Positions 21,984 to 34,371 of a stretch of 64,000 nucleotides of DNA are shown one piece after another. The DNA is from Mytilus californianus (Eukaryota): NCBI RefSeq assembly GCF_021869535.1, contig NW_026262604.1, positions 34,038,001-34,102,000 on the forward strand. Direction: 5' to 3'. Numbering within the stretch: the first letter of the stretch is position 1; each line of letters opens with the position of its first letter. The position numbers were made by a program, and so were the translations under genes. A model generated the notes under the pieces. It was not told the DNA's origin, ran no database searches, and worked only from the letters and a program-made list of their open reading frames with translations.

Positions 21984-23340
21984 TATGTCAACAACGGATC
22001 TCATATAATGCTAAACCATTATTGCAAGAAACCGATATGCCACCGTTTCCGTTCGCGAAAGTAGCCGGGGAATTGTCTGGACCTTATCCAACGTCTATTT
22101 CCGGTAATAAGTATATCATAAGCTTTATTGATATTTAGAGTGGTTACCCAGAATGCTTTCCTGTTCCTGATAAAAGCGCCGCAAATATTGATCAACTTTT
22201 GATGGATGAAATTATTCCGAGACATAGTTGTCCATTGATTCTGTTAAGTGATAACAGTTCAGAAAATTGTAACAATATGGTGAGGGAAACTTTAAAAGAA
22301 TTGAACATAAACCACGTGACAACTTCATTTTATTCTCCTGGATCAAATGGCAAGGTAGAACGCTTACAACGTTTCATGCATGATATTCTTGCTAAGAAAA
22401 TAAAGGTCGATCCATCGACATGGGACGTTTATTTAAATCAAACTTTGGCTGCGATTAGGTGTAATAAAAATGAATCTACAAAATTCTCGCCGTTTTACCT
22501 TCTTTTTAACAGAGATCCCGTTCTTCCGGTAGATAACTTACTTAAGCCAAGACGTAAATATGCTGGAGAGAGTCCGCATCAAATTTTATAAGAACAACAG
22601 CACAAGTCGTTTGTTACTGTGCATAGGAATTTAAAGAAAGCTAAAACTAAACAAAAAGAATATGCAGATAAAAATAGGCAAGAAATAAACTTTAAAGTAG
22701 GAGACGCGGTGTACTTTAAAAATCATCTCCGTAAAGGTAAACTGGGAAGCCGTTTTAATGAATAATAGAGCAAAAGTCACCTGTCAGTTTTATAGTTAAA
22801 AATCAATTAACGGGTTCAACAACTAAAGTACAGGCACAGCATCTCAAACCTGCGCCCGTTGAAACGTGGGATATTCCAAAATCAAATGAAATTAAAAAGT
22901 TTAGGAAAAGCAGATTCGTTGTTCCACCGGAATCAAGCGAAAGCGAAATGGAGGTTGACAATGCAGAGAATGAGACAGTCGAGAATAGGACCTCATTTCG
23001 AAATCGATTAATCAGAAACATGAGCGAGACGCATCTTCGGATGAAGATGAGATTCCTTTAATGGAATTAAGGAAGCGAATAAATATTCCTAATAAAAGCT
23101 TAAATAGTAAAGAAGTGTTAATAGTGAGACTGATGAGGATGATGAAATTCCTTTATCAAAGTTAAAACGGACATTGAATCTGATGCGCGCGACGAGTCGG
23201 ATGTTACCGACAATTTTTCAGATAGAGAAAATATGTCGGTTAATTCTGTAAATGTAAAATCTGTATGTAAACAGAGTAGAAATAACGATCAACAGATAAT
23301 CGACATTTTCTCAGATATATCCCAATGCTTAAAAAGTATC
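21984..23340 (+). pseudogene. Gypsy integrase (DDE core, GPY/F, acidic tail)
   Basis: CQQR...KPLLQET; GPYPTSISGNKYIISFID; LLSDNSSEN; SPGSNGKVERLQR; FSPFYLLFNRDP; FKVGDAV. Confidence 0.9.
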
Positions 23341-23394
23341 CTAGTTAAAATGTAGACTTCATCTAAACTACTTTGGTATATCTTTTCAGTAAGA

Positions 23395-24170
23395 AGATGG
23401 CTGGAATTGAAGATCTAGGAAGACTGGCTGTGGCCGAAATAATTAAAGGAAAAGTTAATTTGATTATACATGAATTTTCTCACATCGCTTATTCAGGTTG
23501 TAAGGAAACATAAGAGAAAGAAGGATTAAAGCCTTCCATTATAAAACAGAATTTTTAAAGCTTGGCATTTAAAGGCTATGGTATTTCATGAAGCAAATGT
23601 TCTAGGAGAAACAATGAGGGATTCTTTTAAAGCTTTCCTCCGATTGATTGATTGTTGGTTGCTTAACGTCCAGTGGCAAATATTTCATGCATATTCAGGA
23701 CGAGAACAAGTTCACAATAAATACAATAGGTAGGTTCTGTAATAGATTAAGGGATTATGGTCGGAGAAATTTAGACTGCCACGGGAAATGAGGGTATATT
23801 GGATAGGGACAGAAATTTAGCCTTGCAACAGGTCCCCTACGGACCCCTCAAAGAGTTGTTGCAAGGGTTCTTAACGTGCAAAGAGCGTGGCACTCTCTTT
23901 ACACGAGGCATCGGATTTAACGTCCCCATTCTGACCGGACGTAACTTTCCTCCGAAACCCAGAAATTAACTTAAACCCCTCTTACATTCGTGACTTGGTC
24001 AAGAGTAGGGAAAATGCCGCTAAAAGGTGTGGGGAAACGTATTTATCTGTATTGAAAAATCATTGTTCAATTCAGAGATTGTATAATCATTTTGTGAGGG
24101 ATTTTCCAGTCTATGCAACCTTTGAACAGTTTATGGCAGCGTATTTTCCAAACTTTTGCACTAATTTTTA
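23395..24170 (+). pseudogene. Accessory ORF between pol and env, SINE-interrupted
   Basis: ttttcag acceptor then MAGIEDLGRLAVAEII...FPNFCTNF*, with a stop and a frameshift. Confidence 0.45.
23644..23944 (-). mobile_element. SINE, 5'-truncated
   Basis: TSD CTTTCCTCCGA at 23633-23643 and 23945-23955. Confidence 0.92.
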
Positions 24171-24205
24171 AATGAGTATTAAATTAGTATTTCTTTAAAT
24201 TACAG

Positions 24206-26210
24206 GACGGACATAAAGACATTATTTCTTGTCACCCTCCTCTTTTGTTTGGGTGAACAAGCATTTATTTCAGAAAATGTAGTTTTCGACAAAATAAATT
24301 CAATTACAACCACGAGATCAAATTGGTTGGTTACATTTGTAACAGACTTAAAACCTTTTGATAATTTCATAAAGAAACTTTCAAATGACATTGTTCAAAC
24401 AGGGACACTTGCTCAAGAAATTACAAGACGATTTGATAAACCAGAAAAAGAAGGATTTAAGATTGATTGATTGTTGGTTGCTTAACGTCCAGTGGCAAAT
24501 ATTTCATGCATATTCAGGACGAGAACAAGTTCACAATAAATACAAAAGGTAGGTTCTGTAATGGACTAAGGGATTAAGGTCGGAGAAATTTAGACTGCCA
24601 CGGGAAATGAGGGTATATTGGATAGGGACAGAAATTTAGCCTTGCAACAGGTCACCTACGGACCCCTCAAAGAGTTGTTGCAAGGGATCTTAACGTGCAA
24701 AGAGCGTGGCACTCTCTTTACACGAGGCATCGGATTTAACGTCCCCATTCTGACCGGACGTGGCTGCAAATTTGTACATCCCGCACAGCCAAACGGACGC
24801 CCCACTTTGACGAGGGTTTTACCGCCGGTCGGAGGAAGACCAATGGTGACCATACTTCTATTCCCCAGTCACCCTTAGGGATGAAGGATTTAAGAGTACT
24901 TTTTCTAATTTAAGGAATGAATTTCGATTATTAACAGATAACCATACTTCGATATTAAGAATTTTTAATGATTATAAAGCTTTACATAGAAATAAACGTA
25001 GTGTTTTACCAAATATCGGTAAAGCCATGCATTTTTTGTTTTGAACTTTAACAGATTCAGATGTCAGTGCAATAAAAGGTAATATATGAGTTCTTGCAGA
25101 TAATCAAAATAATATTTCTCATTTATTAGCAGAAAATCTTTCAATTTTAAATGTAACAAGAATTGAAGTTTCCGAAAATAGGCATGCAATCAATTCGTTG
25201 ATAGGAGATTTACGTGAAATATATTCTAAACTTGAAAATGTAACAGAAGAATTTGAAAAACAAATAATCGATCTAGAAAATTATATACAACAGTATGTTC
25301 AACCAGATTTAATAACAGGTGAATTAAAATTATAAATGCAGAAAGCAATGTTTTATTTAGAACATTTAAGTTCCCAATTAAATATGTTATCATTAGGTCG
25401 TCTTTCACCTAGTACTATTACTCCAACAAATTTAAAGCGACTATTAAATGAAAATAAAAATAAATTACCTAGATATTTAGAGTTATCAGAACATCCTAGT
25501 TTAAATTAATGGTTCTTTTATAGATTGTTGACTTGCACCACTGTACTTTACGATGATAAAATATTTGCCATTATCTCACTTCCGCTTCTCGATTTAAACA
25601 ATAGGTTTGAAGTTTATAAAGCATATAATCTCCCTATGCCTATGAAAAACAACAGTACAAAATTGTTAATGGTAGCGAAATTTGATATAAATGTCGAATA
25701 TTTTGCAGTAAATGCTGAGCGGTCAAAATACGTATTATTAAATAATGATGAAATAAATAAATGTACAGATCGATTTACAAAATTTTGTAAAAAAGTTAGT
25801 CCTGTTTATCATATAAATCTAAGTAAGAATTGTGCGATTTCACTATTTATGAAGAAAGAAAATAACATTGATAAATTTTGTCAGGTTTTAGAAGAACCAG
25901 GTTCAATCTTGCCCATGGCAAACAATATTTCGTCAGGATCATGGTTAGTGACGACAAATAGACCACTTGTCACTTGATTTTGCATTTGCTTGTCAAAATT
26001 CTAAATATAAAACGACCTTGACAAATAGGATTTTCCCTCCGATAAATATTTTGACGCTTAACGAGACATGTACCGCGACGAATGATTTTATGCAACATTT
26101 AGCAGAGGAACATTTATTGAACATTAAAGTTATATCTACAGGATTAAAAGTGAAATATCGGACTATATTTCCAGTACATTGGGAGGAATGTAACACTATG
26201 CAGTGATTAT
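24206..26210 (+). pseudogene. env: Env-like class I fusion glycoprotein (baculovirus F/errantivirus-like)
   Basis: Signal peptide after a splice acceptor; furin site RNKR (24988-24999) followed by the fusion-peptide-like SVLPNIGKAMHFLF(G)TLTDSD; heptad region; Cys-rich C-terminal region; several stops. Confidence 0.8.
24463..24882 (-). mobile_element. SINE, full length, inside env
   Basis: TSD GAAGGATTTAAGA at 24450-24462 and 24883-24895; removal restores the env frame. Confidence 0.93.
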
Positions 26211-27785
26211 ATAACAATTTAACGTTCAATATAATTTTATCATAAGTATTAAAAGTTTAACTCGCGGAACATATAAAACCTATACTTTTTGCAGGTGGTC
26301 ATCGTGTAGTGGTCATTTAATTGACATTTATAGTTTAGTATTAAATGAACTTCAATGCTTAGCTATGGGAGCAAATGTAATGACCACTGTTTATGAGTTA
26401 TTTATGTACCGCTTTTGGCTTTCTAAAAGTAAGTACCTTTCAAAGGTAGAAACCCACAACATTCTTTCTAAATTTAAGTCACGTTTGTAGAAGTATAAAA
26501 AGAACTATCTTATTCAGACAGTTCAGATTGTAATTTGATCAGTTAGTAGAAATTAAACTAAAAACGTTTGTACCAGTTCAGCCATTGTTTGTCTTGTGCC
26601 TGTGACTTGATTTATTTGTTGGTGTGCTGCATAACTTGACTTTTCGGGAGTCTTACATAAACATCTTTCGTTTAGCAGGAAAAAACAGATTTTGTTGTAT
26701 AAATCCAAGTCACGTATTCACAACTTGATTGACTATATCTGTACGTTTTTACATTAGCTGATCAATGTCATTATTATATGGTTTAACATATTATGAAATC
26801 CCAAAATATTGAGCAACTTCTATAAGAAGGACCGTCTTGCATTGCACGACATGTATCTCATATTCTTTTAGAGTGGGGATTGGAGAAAACAGAAGAACGT
26901 TATTTTCACTGAGAGCTTTTAATTTCAATGGGAGAACTTCATTCTCATTTGAAGAGGTAGTCAAGTTTGGTGAACTGGTCGGTCAACTTGAACTGTTAAA
27001 AGAAAGTTTCAAAGTAAGGCTATTTTTATTATTAAAAATATGTGGTATGATTGACCAGTGAGAAAATGTTTTTTTTCAAATAAAGTTAATAAAGTTAAGA
27101 TTGTTTTTATAATTAATAAAGATATTTTTATAATATGTAAATGCTGTCTTACAGCTAATGGGGAGGGGGTGTTTTTTTAATGTTGATCTTATTAATATAA
27201 ATAAAATTGATAAGATTTTAAATTTGGTTACTTTTTTTTCGCAGAGCTTTCGCTTATAATGGAAAAAATATAAAACTTATAAAAAATATAAAAAAAAATG
27301 CAAAAAAATGCACAAAAAAAATGTTTTTAAATGTATTTTAGGAGGAGGACAAAACAAGTCCCCATTTCTATCAACCATTTTCTCCAGAACCTCCGAACAA
27401 CACTACAAGGTACCAAAGATGTGGTCCAACATGTACACAAACTAGTGAAACACAAAGGGGGCAAATAGAAATGCCACCACCACCGCCGTAAACGGCACCA
27501 AGAAAAAAAGAAAATCGGAAGAAGCCTACAATGTAGACTTGATAGGGTTGTTAAATGACATAAGTAAATAATGTACTCTCTGTAAGATGAAGTTTGTTTC
27601 AGGCGTTCCATAAAAGTTTTTAAGAAAAAATCATAAAATTTTATTTGCAATAAAATGACATACTAAATTATAAAATAAAACATTAATATAAAGTTTGATT
27701 AATCATATTTTGAAATGTCCATAGGCATAACTCTTAATATGATTAATCCTAAATCTTTTCTCATCAAAATTAGATCAGAATGACA

Positions 27786-28086
27786 TCCGGTCAGAATGGG
27801 GACGTTAAATCCGATGCCTCGTGTAAAGAGAGTACCACGCTCTTTGCACGTAAAGAACCCTTGCAACAACTCTTTAAGGGTTCCGTAGGTGACCTGTTGC
27901 AAGGCTAAATTTCTGTCCCTATCCAATATACCCTCATTTCCCGTGGCAGTCTAAATTTTTCAGACCTTAATCCCGGAAACCCCTATTATAGAACCTACCT
28001 ATCGTATTTATTGTTAACTTGTTCTCGTCCTGAATATGCATGAAATATTTGCCACTGGACGTTAAGCAACCAACAATCAATCAATC
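27786..28086 (+). mobile_element. SINE, 5'-truncated
   Basis: Family sequence with AATC tail; TSD not clear. Confidence 0.88.
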
Positions 28087-29429
28087 CATATCCTTGTATA
28101 CATCATCCGTCATGATTTCGTAACACAAGCTGTCTATAAGAAAAAATGAATTACATCATTGTTTAGCTTTGACTAGCTGAATAATTTGGTTGCTGCCTGA
28201 ATTTATTAAACTGAAACATGCATGGTCGAAGCGGTAACATTGATAACTCGTGTAAAATACTACTTGTCATTTATCCCTATGAAAAAAAAAATGGTTTTCT
28301 ATGTATTGTTTTTGTCCATGTCACACAGGAAGTTGAAAATATTTTTGACATTATTAGTACGAAGTGTGAGAATTTTAAATATGTATACGAACTTTGTATT
28401 CTGTTATGCTCAAAATAGAGATGATTTTAGTATGCTGACAGTGTTAAACGTCCTGCTGGAAAACTAAAGACACTTGGTGGGACTGAAAATTTAATCTTAT
28501 TGTACACGATTGAGAAGCAACTCTTACAATTAAACAGAAACAAAAGTGTCATTGCTAATACTTTTTAGTATCATATTTTATTAATAACATAGCTATGTCG
28601 TGACGACGTGGTTCGAAAGTAATTCAATGCGTATATGAATCCGACTGAATAGATTAAGTAATTTACGTGTGTTAAATGGATATAAACAGGCGATATACCA
28701 CAATTACTCCGCAGCGGACTGCATGAAAAAGATGATACATTATTGTGTTATTAAGATGAAAACTGTAACTTAAACCCGGAAGTGACTAATTGGCACGTTC
28801 ACTATCTTTATCATAACCTTAAAAGTTATTGTCATTACGTTTGTTACAGGAATTCAGCATTATTTATTAAATCAGAATCTCTCAGTAGCGGAAAGGTCCA
28901 ACTAATATGACCGAATAAAACATTCTACTACAGGTATATCTTCCACCATTCTATGCCTTACTTCGTACAGGTAAGCGACACATTGTATCTTTCCCTGAGG
29001 CACTTTTGATTGTCTAACAGGCGGACTCCTGAACATCATATAATTATTTACATTTTTAGATGTTTGTAAATATATAAACAAGTCTAAATTGAAAACAACG
29101 TTCAAACATATGATTGCGTTGATTAAAAACCCAATTGTTATGCGTGTGCATGCAAAACAAATTTCTTGGTAGAGGGGTCTAAATACAACAGAAACAACAT
29201 TTTCCAATAGACCAAATGAGTGAAAAAGTATATTTTAACAAAACGCATTTGATTAGCAGGTCGAACAACGGATGTTCTTAAACCCTGCTGACTGTCAATA
29301 GCGATTGCCAAATAAAGGGATCACCAGATGTAACAAAATGGATCTTAACTATTAATTTAATACCAAACAGAAAACAATAAACTTGCGGAAAAGATGGTAT
29401 AACAGCAAACAAAAGGTGCAAAAATTAGT

Positions 29430-29473
29430 ACACTATATCCGGATTTCGACAATTAATGTCTCTTCAGTGATGT
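29430..29473 (-). ncRNA. Minimal type I hammerhead ribozyme motif
   Basis: ACAUCA-CUGAAGA-GAC(AUUAAUU)GUC-GAAA-UCCGGA-UA-UAGUGU; one stem I mismatch. Confidence 0.75.
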
Positions 29474-30361
29474 TAGGAATCGAAACGGTATTTGGAAGAC
29501 CATATAATTTATCTCGATTTAGGATAGACTCTTGAATTTTGAATATATATATAAAAAGTGCCTAGAAAATCAACATATATATATATATATACATGTTGTG
29601 TACTAACTGTAATGATGTAGGTTATAAGTAATTTATAAATCTCTACAAAATTAGATAAAATAAGCTCAGTGTCTTTGGTAAAGCTTATTACTTTTATCTC
29701 CACAACTTCATGTTAGTCTGGGACATATAATTTTGTATTAGTATGAAAATAACAATATAATCTAAACCAATAAACTGGATAATTAATGAAGATAAACTTG
29801 TATCAAGTGTTGAAAGAACTTGTGTGTTAAAATACTGATAAAGAAATTACAACATGTACACAACAAAACAAGCGACCATATCTTCCAACGAACCGACAAC
29901 CTACTGACTATGTAACCTCGTACAGGTGATACATTGTATTATTCCCCGGGGCACTTTTATTTGTCAAATTGGCGGACTCCTGAACAACATATTAATATAT
30001 ATTATTATATATAAACAAGTCTAAATTGAAAACAACGTTCAAACCTATGATTGCGTTGGATAAAAACCGCAATTTTTATACTTGTGCATGTACAAAAAAT
30101 TTCATGGTAGAGGGGTCTCAATATAGCACAAACAACATTCCAAAAGACCAACAAAAGTGAAAAGTATATTTTAACAAATCGCATTTGACTAACAGATCGA
30201 ACAACTGATGTTCTTAAACCCTGCTGATTGCCATTGACGATTGCCAAATAAATTGATCACGAGATGTAACGTGGATCTTAATTATTAATTTAATACCAAA
30301 CAGAAAACAATAAACTTGCGGAGAAGATGTTATACCGCAAACATGAGGTGCAAACATTTGT

Positions 30362-30405
30362 ACACCATATCCGGATTTCGACAATTAATGTCTCTTCAGT
30401 TATGT
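30362..30405 (-). ncRNA. Minimal type I hammerhead ribozyme motif
   Basis: ACAUAA-CUGAAGA-GAC(AUUAAUU)GUC-GAAA-UCCGGA-UA-UGGUGU; one stem I mismatch. Confidence 0.75.
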
Positions 30406-30590
30406 TAGGGATCGAAACGGTATTTTGAAGGCCATATAATTTACCTCAATTTAGGAAAGACTCTTGGATTTTAAAGAGTCGAAATAGGAGGAACGGATCA
30501 TATAAATCCGATGGAAAATATAATACAAGCCCAAACGAAAAAAATATAAACAAGTCTAAATTGAAAACAACGTTCAGACCTATGATTGCG

Positions 30591-30621
<31 letters not shown>

Positions 30622-30670
30622 ATAAATTGAGGTAAATTGTATGGCTTTCAAAATACCGTTTCGATTCCTA

Positions 30671-30714
30671 ACATCACTGAAGAGACATTAATTGTCGAAA
30701 TCCGGATAAAGTGT
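30671..30714 (+). ncRNA. Minimal type I hammerhead ribozyme motif (stem I degraded)
   Basis: ACAUCA-CUGAAGA-GAC(AUUAAUU)GUC-GAAA-UCCGGA-UA-AAGUGU. Confidence 0.65.
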
Positions 30715-31869
30715 ACAAAAACCTTTGCACCTTTTGTTTGCGGTATACCATCTTTTCCGCAAGTTTATTGTTTTCTGTTTAGTATTAAATTTATAACTAA
30801 GATCCATTTATTACATCGGTGATCCCTTTATTTGGCAATCGCAGTCAGCAGGGTTTATGAACATTTGTTGTTCGACCTGCTAGTCAAATGCGTTTTGTTA
30901 AAATATACTTTTTCACTTTTTTGGTCTTTTGGAAAATGTTGTTTGTGCTGTTATTAGACCCCTCTACCAAGAAATTTGTTTTGAATGCACACGTATAAAA
31001 ATTGCGATTTTTATCCAACGCAATCATAGGTTTGAACGTAGTTTTCAATTTAGACCTGTTTATATATATTGATATATATATATATATATATATTGCGAAT
31101 ATATATATATATACGCATGAATTGGTGATTAATGGCATGTTTTTGTTGATACGAACTTTTAGTGGGTGCGAGTGTATATTTGTAAAAAGTGCATTAGCCA
31201 TTCTACTAGGTAAAAGTGCGTCGATGTAAACAGCGATCCAATTTTGGAGAAAGAAAGAAAGAATAAGCAGTTGCCACTCTTTTTAGAAGTTCTTATTACA
31301 CAATAATAACATGCAATCATACAACGTTTGTATTTGCCAGATATATGGAACACATTAACTTTACCTTGCGAAGTTTCGATAGAGTGATGATTCACAATAA
31401 TCCAGAGGGTAAGTAACGCAATTCTGTCACTACATCCGTTTTGAAGAAAATTGCTTTTTCCAATTTGGTGTTAATTATTACAATACATAAAACAATGTAT
31501 TTTGTTTCAACATTTTCCCTAAGAGAAAGTTACACAAAATGACCAGTTTGTCAGTCTAGAAGATTCATTAGGGGGGTTTCTAGTATTATAATTGTAAACA
31601 ATATGGTGTAAACCACGGATGATTACTCCTACAATCTTTAGAAAAATGTCCTATTGTCTCGTTGGTAATTTGTTGAGGTGTGAAAGTGACTTATAACTGC
31701 CAACAGCCACATTATTTGGACTCTGGTAGATAGTACATCAGACTGTTGTCTCATTGGCAATCACACCCAATCTCCTTATTGTATTACGGGTTAATTATTT
31801 GAAATAAATGACTACGGCACTAAACATTAAATCATTTGAAAAAAAATAATTTTGCAATAATTCATGTTG

Positions 31870-32070
31870 TCATTTTAAGATTTCAGTGTAAATATATTTG
31901 TCAAAATATACTTTTTCACTCATTTCGTCTTTTGGAAAATGTTGTTTGTGCTGTATTTAGACCCCTCTACCAAGAAATTTGTTTTGCATGCACACGTATA
32001 AAAATTGCAGTTTTTACCCAACGCAATCATAGATTTGAAAGTTGTTTTCAATTTAGACTTGTTTATATTT
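31870..32070 (+). repeat. Partial copy of the hammerhead-associated repeat (no ribozyme core)
   Basis: Matches about 30890-31060 (GACCCCTCTACCAAGAAATTTG...). Confidence 0.8.
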
Positions 32071-33099
32071 TTTCGTTTGGGCATGTATTATATTTACCTT
32101 CGGGTTTATATGATCCGTTCATCCTATTTTGACTCTTTGTTAACCCTACGATATGAAAATAAGGAGATGTGGTATGATTGCCAATGAGACAACTATCTAC
32201 CAAAATTCAAATTTAAAAGTCAATATTAAAAAAAAATAATTTCATCTCCATATTATCATCATAGGCCGATAATTACGCTTCTTTGCAGCTAGCAGATGGA
32301 TAAAACCAATGTTCACACATCATTAAAAAAGTTGTCATACATATTTTTGCCGCGATGACACACTCCACTTTATTTTTTTTAAATCAAGAACTTTCCTTAT
32401 TAGCTTCCCTTTTGAAAAAACGCATGGCAGAAAGTAAGACAGAAGTTAAAGTTTGCCAATATCACCGACTAATGTAGCGTCCCTCTGTACTGGGTGGAGT
32501 TTTAAAATTACAATCCCAACTTATCCTGAACCTAGTAAGTAGTATAGATTTTGTTTATATATAATGTCTTTAACTGGTAGTGTTTGGAACTGCCCGGTAG
32601 ACTGCGGGTGTGTGTCCTAGGCAAAATCCCGACTTGGTCAAACCAAATATTTTGCGCTTCTCTCATAGCATGCGGTATTGAGGGATAATAGCATAGACCG
32701 ATATATAAGGTTGGAATACTAGTAAGGTCCCGGTTACTATTGACCAATTTTGATCTACATGATCAAAGGTGGAAAACTGAAAATTATTGAAGTGTCGGGT
32801 TTTTTTTCTGCGTAAAACAAATAATCAATTTAGTGAAATGTGTTGCTCGAGTTCCGTTAGTCTATTATAATAACTCATTCTTATTCAGTTATTTTAATTA
32901 TTACGCTGATATTTCCTCTTCTTTTTAATGCGAACTCTGTTGGCATATTGATAGATACAAAAGAAAAAAGAAAATTAACAAATAGCAAAATAAGTAAAAG
33001 GAAAATATCATAAATAGAAAACATTGGCCCCGAGGTCTCATGTTATAGGACTACAGTTCCAAAAATCATAGAATCACGATACGAGAAAATTTGTTAAGA

Positions 33100-33320
33100 T
33101 ATTTTCGTGCCACATGTGGAGCAGGATCTGCTTACCCTTCCGGAGCACCTGAGATCACCCCCATTTTTTGGTGGGGTTCGTGTTGCTTAGTCTTTGGTTT
33201 TCTATGTTATGTCATCTGTACTATTATTTGTCTGTTTGTCTTTTTATTTTTGGCCATGGCGTTGTCAGTTTGTTTTCGATCTATGAGTTTGACTGTCCCT
33301 CTGGTATCTTTCGTCCCACT
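33100..33320. repeat. Common bivalve interspersed repeat (GGAGCAGGATCTGCTTACCCTTCCGGAGCACCTGAG type)
   Basis: Recognised from memory as a frequent Mytilus-type non-autonomous element; not verified by search. Confidence 0.5.
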
Positions 33321-34090
33321 TTTTTAAGTACCAGTACGTTTATGTATCCAAAAAATGCCACTGAAAGATATTTGATAGAAGTTGTTTTCTTTATATGATT
33401 TTACAATGACTGCTTGAAATCCAGTTGGAAATGTTTATCCATATTTAGGATCAGAAAAATGAGTGAGGTGAATATTTCTTGCTTTGTACTAAAACGACAT
33501 CCCGAGTAAGTTAGTTATATTGCTATACATATAGTTCCCTACGTATTAAAATATTCCCTTAAGCTTGAATAGAAATGGTTGAACCAATTACACACCCAAA
33601 TTATTATGAACATGTGCCAGTAAAAAAGAAATTTGTGACCACCAATTTTTCATAGGCTTTGGTTGCTTAAGATGTTTAATGATTGGTCATCATAGATTTG
33701 ACAGTTCTTACGTTTACCGATTAGATAATGTTTAGTGCATTGCTTTTTTTCAATTTAAATGTCCAGCAGCTACAGGCAGTTAATAAGGTAAAGAATCGTG
33801 CTGGAAAGTATGATTAAAGCATGACATACTCCTAGTATTTTGTGTTTTAGATTTAAAAATTAGTAGGCAATTAGAAGAGAAACATAGTAATGAATAAAAT
33901 CATTGCGCGTCTTCCAAAAACCTCAAAAACAAACAATCTACAGAGCAAAGAAAAACAAACTCTAGAAACTTTGCGCAATAAAGAGGATTTCGTGCGCAAA
34001 TTAGAAGTGAATATAAACTTGAGGCAAGGTAAACCATCATCTCAACAATTAAAAGATGATGGTTTACCTTGCCTCAACAGATGATATCGG

Positions 34091-34244
34091 CGTGGCACTC
34101 TCTTTACACGAGGCATCGGATTTAACGTCCCCATTCTGACCGGACGTGGCTGCAAATGTGTACATCCCACATAGCCAAACGGACGCCCCGGTCGGAGGAA
34201 GACCAATGGTGACCATACTTCTATTCCCCAGTCACCCTTGGGGG
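34091..34244 (-). mobile_element. SINE 5'-half fragment with a small internal deletion
   Basis: Family head sequence only, no tail. Confidence 0.85.
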
Positions 34245-34371
34245 CTGAAACAGGTGAACTGAGGGTTTTCTCAGTATTAGCAACAGTTCGGAATATTGTC
34301 TTCTCAGACATGTTTGAAGTTTCATTGTCATTCTTAGACTGCATAATCTCTTATGTTACTGTTTTGCTGGG

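Larger units (their letters stand above)
21984..28120 (+). mobile_element. Gypsy LTR retrotransposon with env-like ORF (3' half, degenerate); right boundary tentative
   Basis: Integrase, accessory ORF and env in order; candidate PPT plus LTR start TGTAATGAC at 26376. Confidence 0.8.
28870..31060. mobile_element. Penelope-like/retrozyme-type repeat cluster: two tandem minus copies plus an inverted plus copy, with (TA)n spacers
   Basis: Copies at about 28870-29530 (-), 29890-30480 (-) and 30620-31060 (+), each with a hammerhead core; fragment at 30541-30590. Confidence 0.7.
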
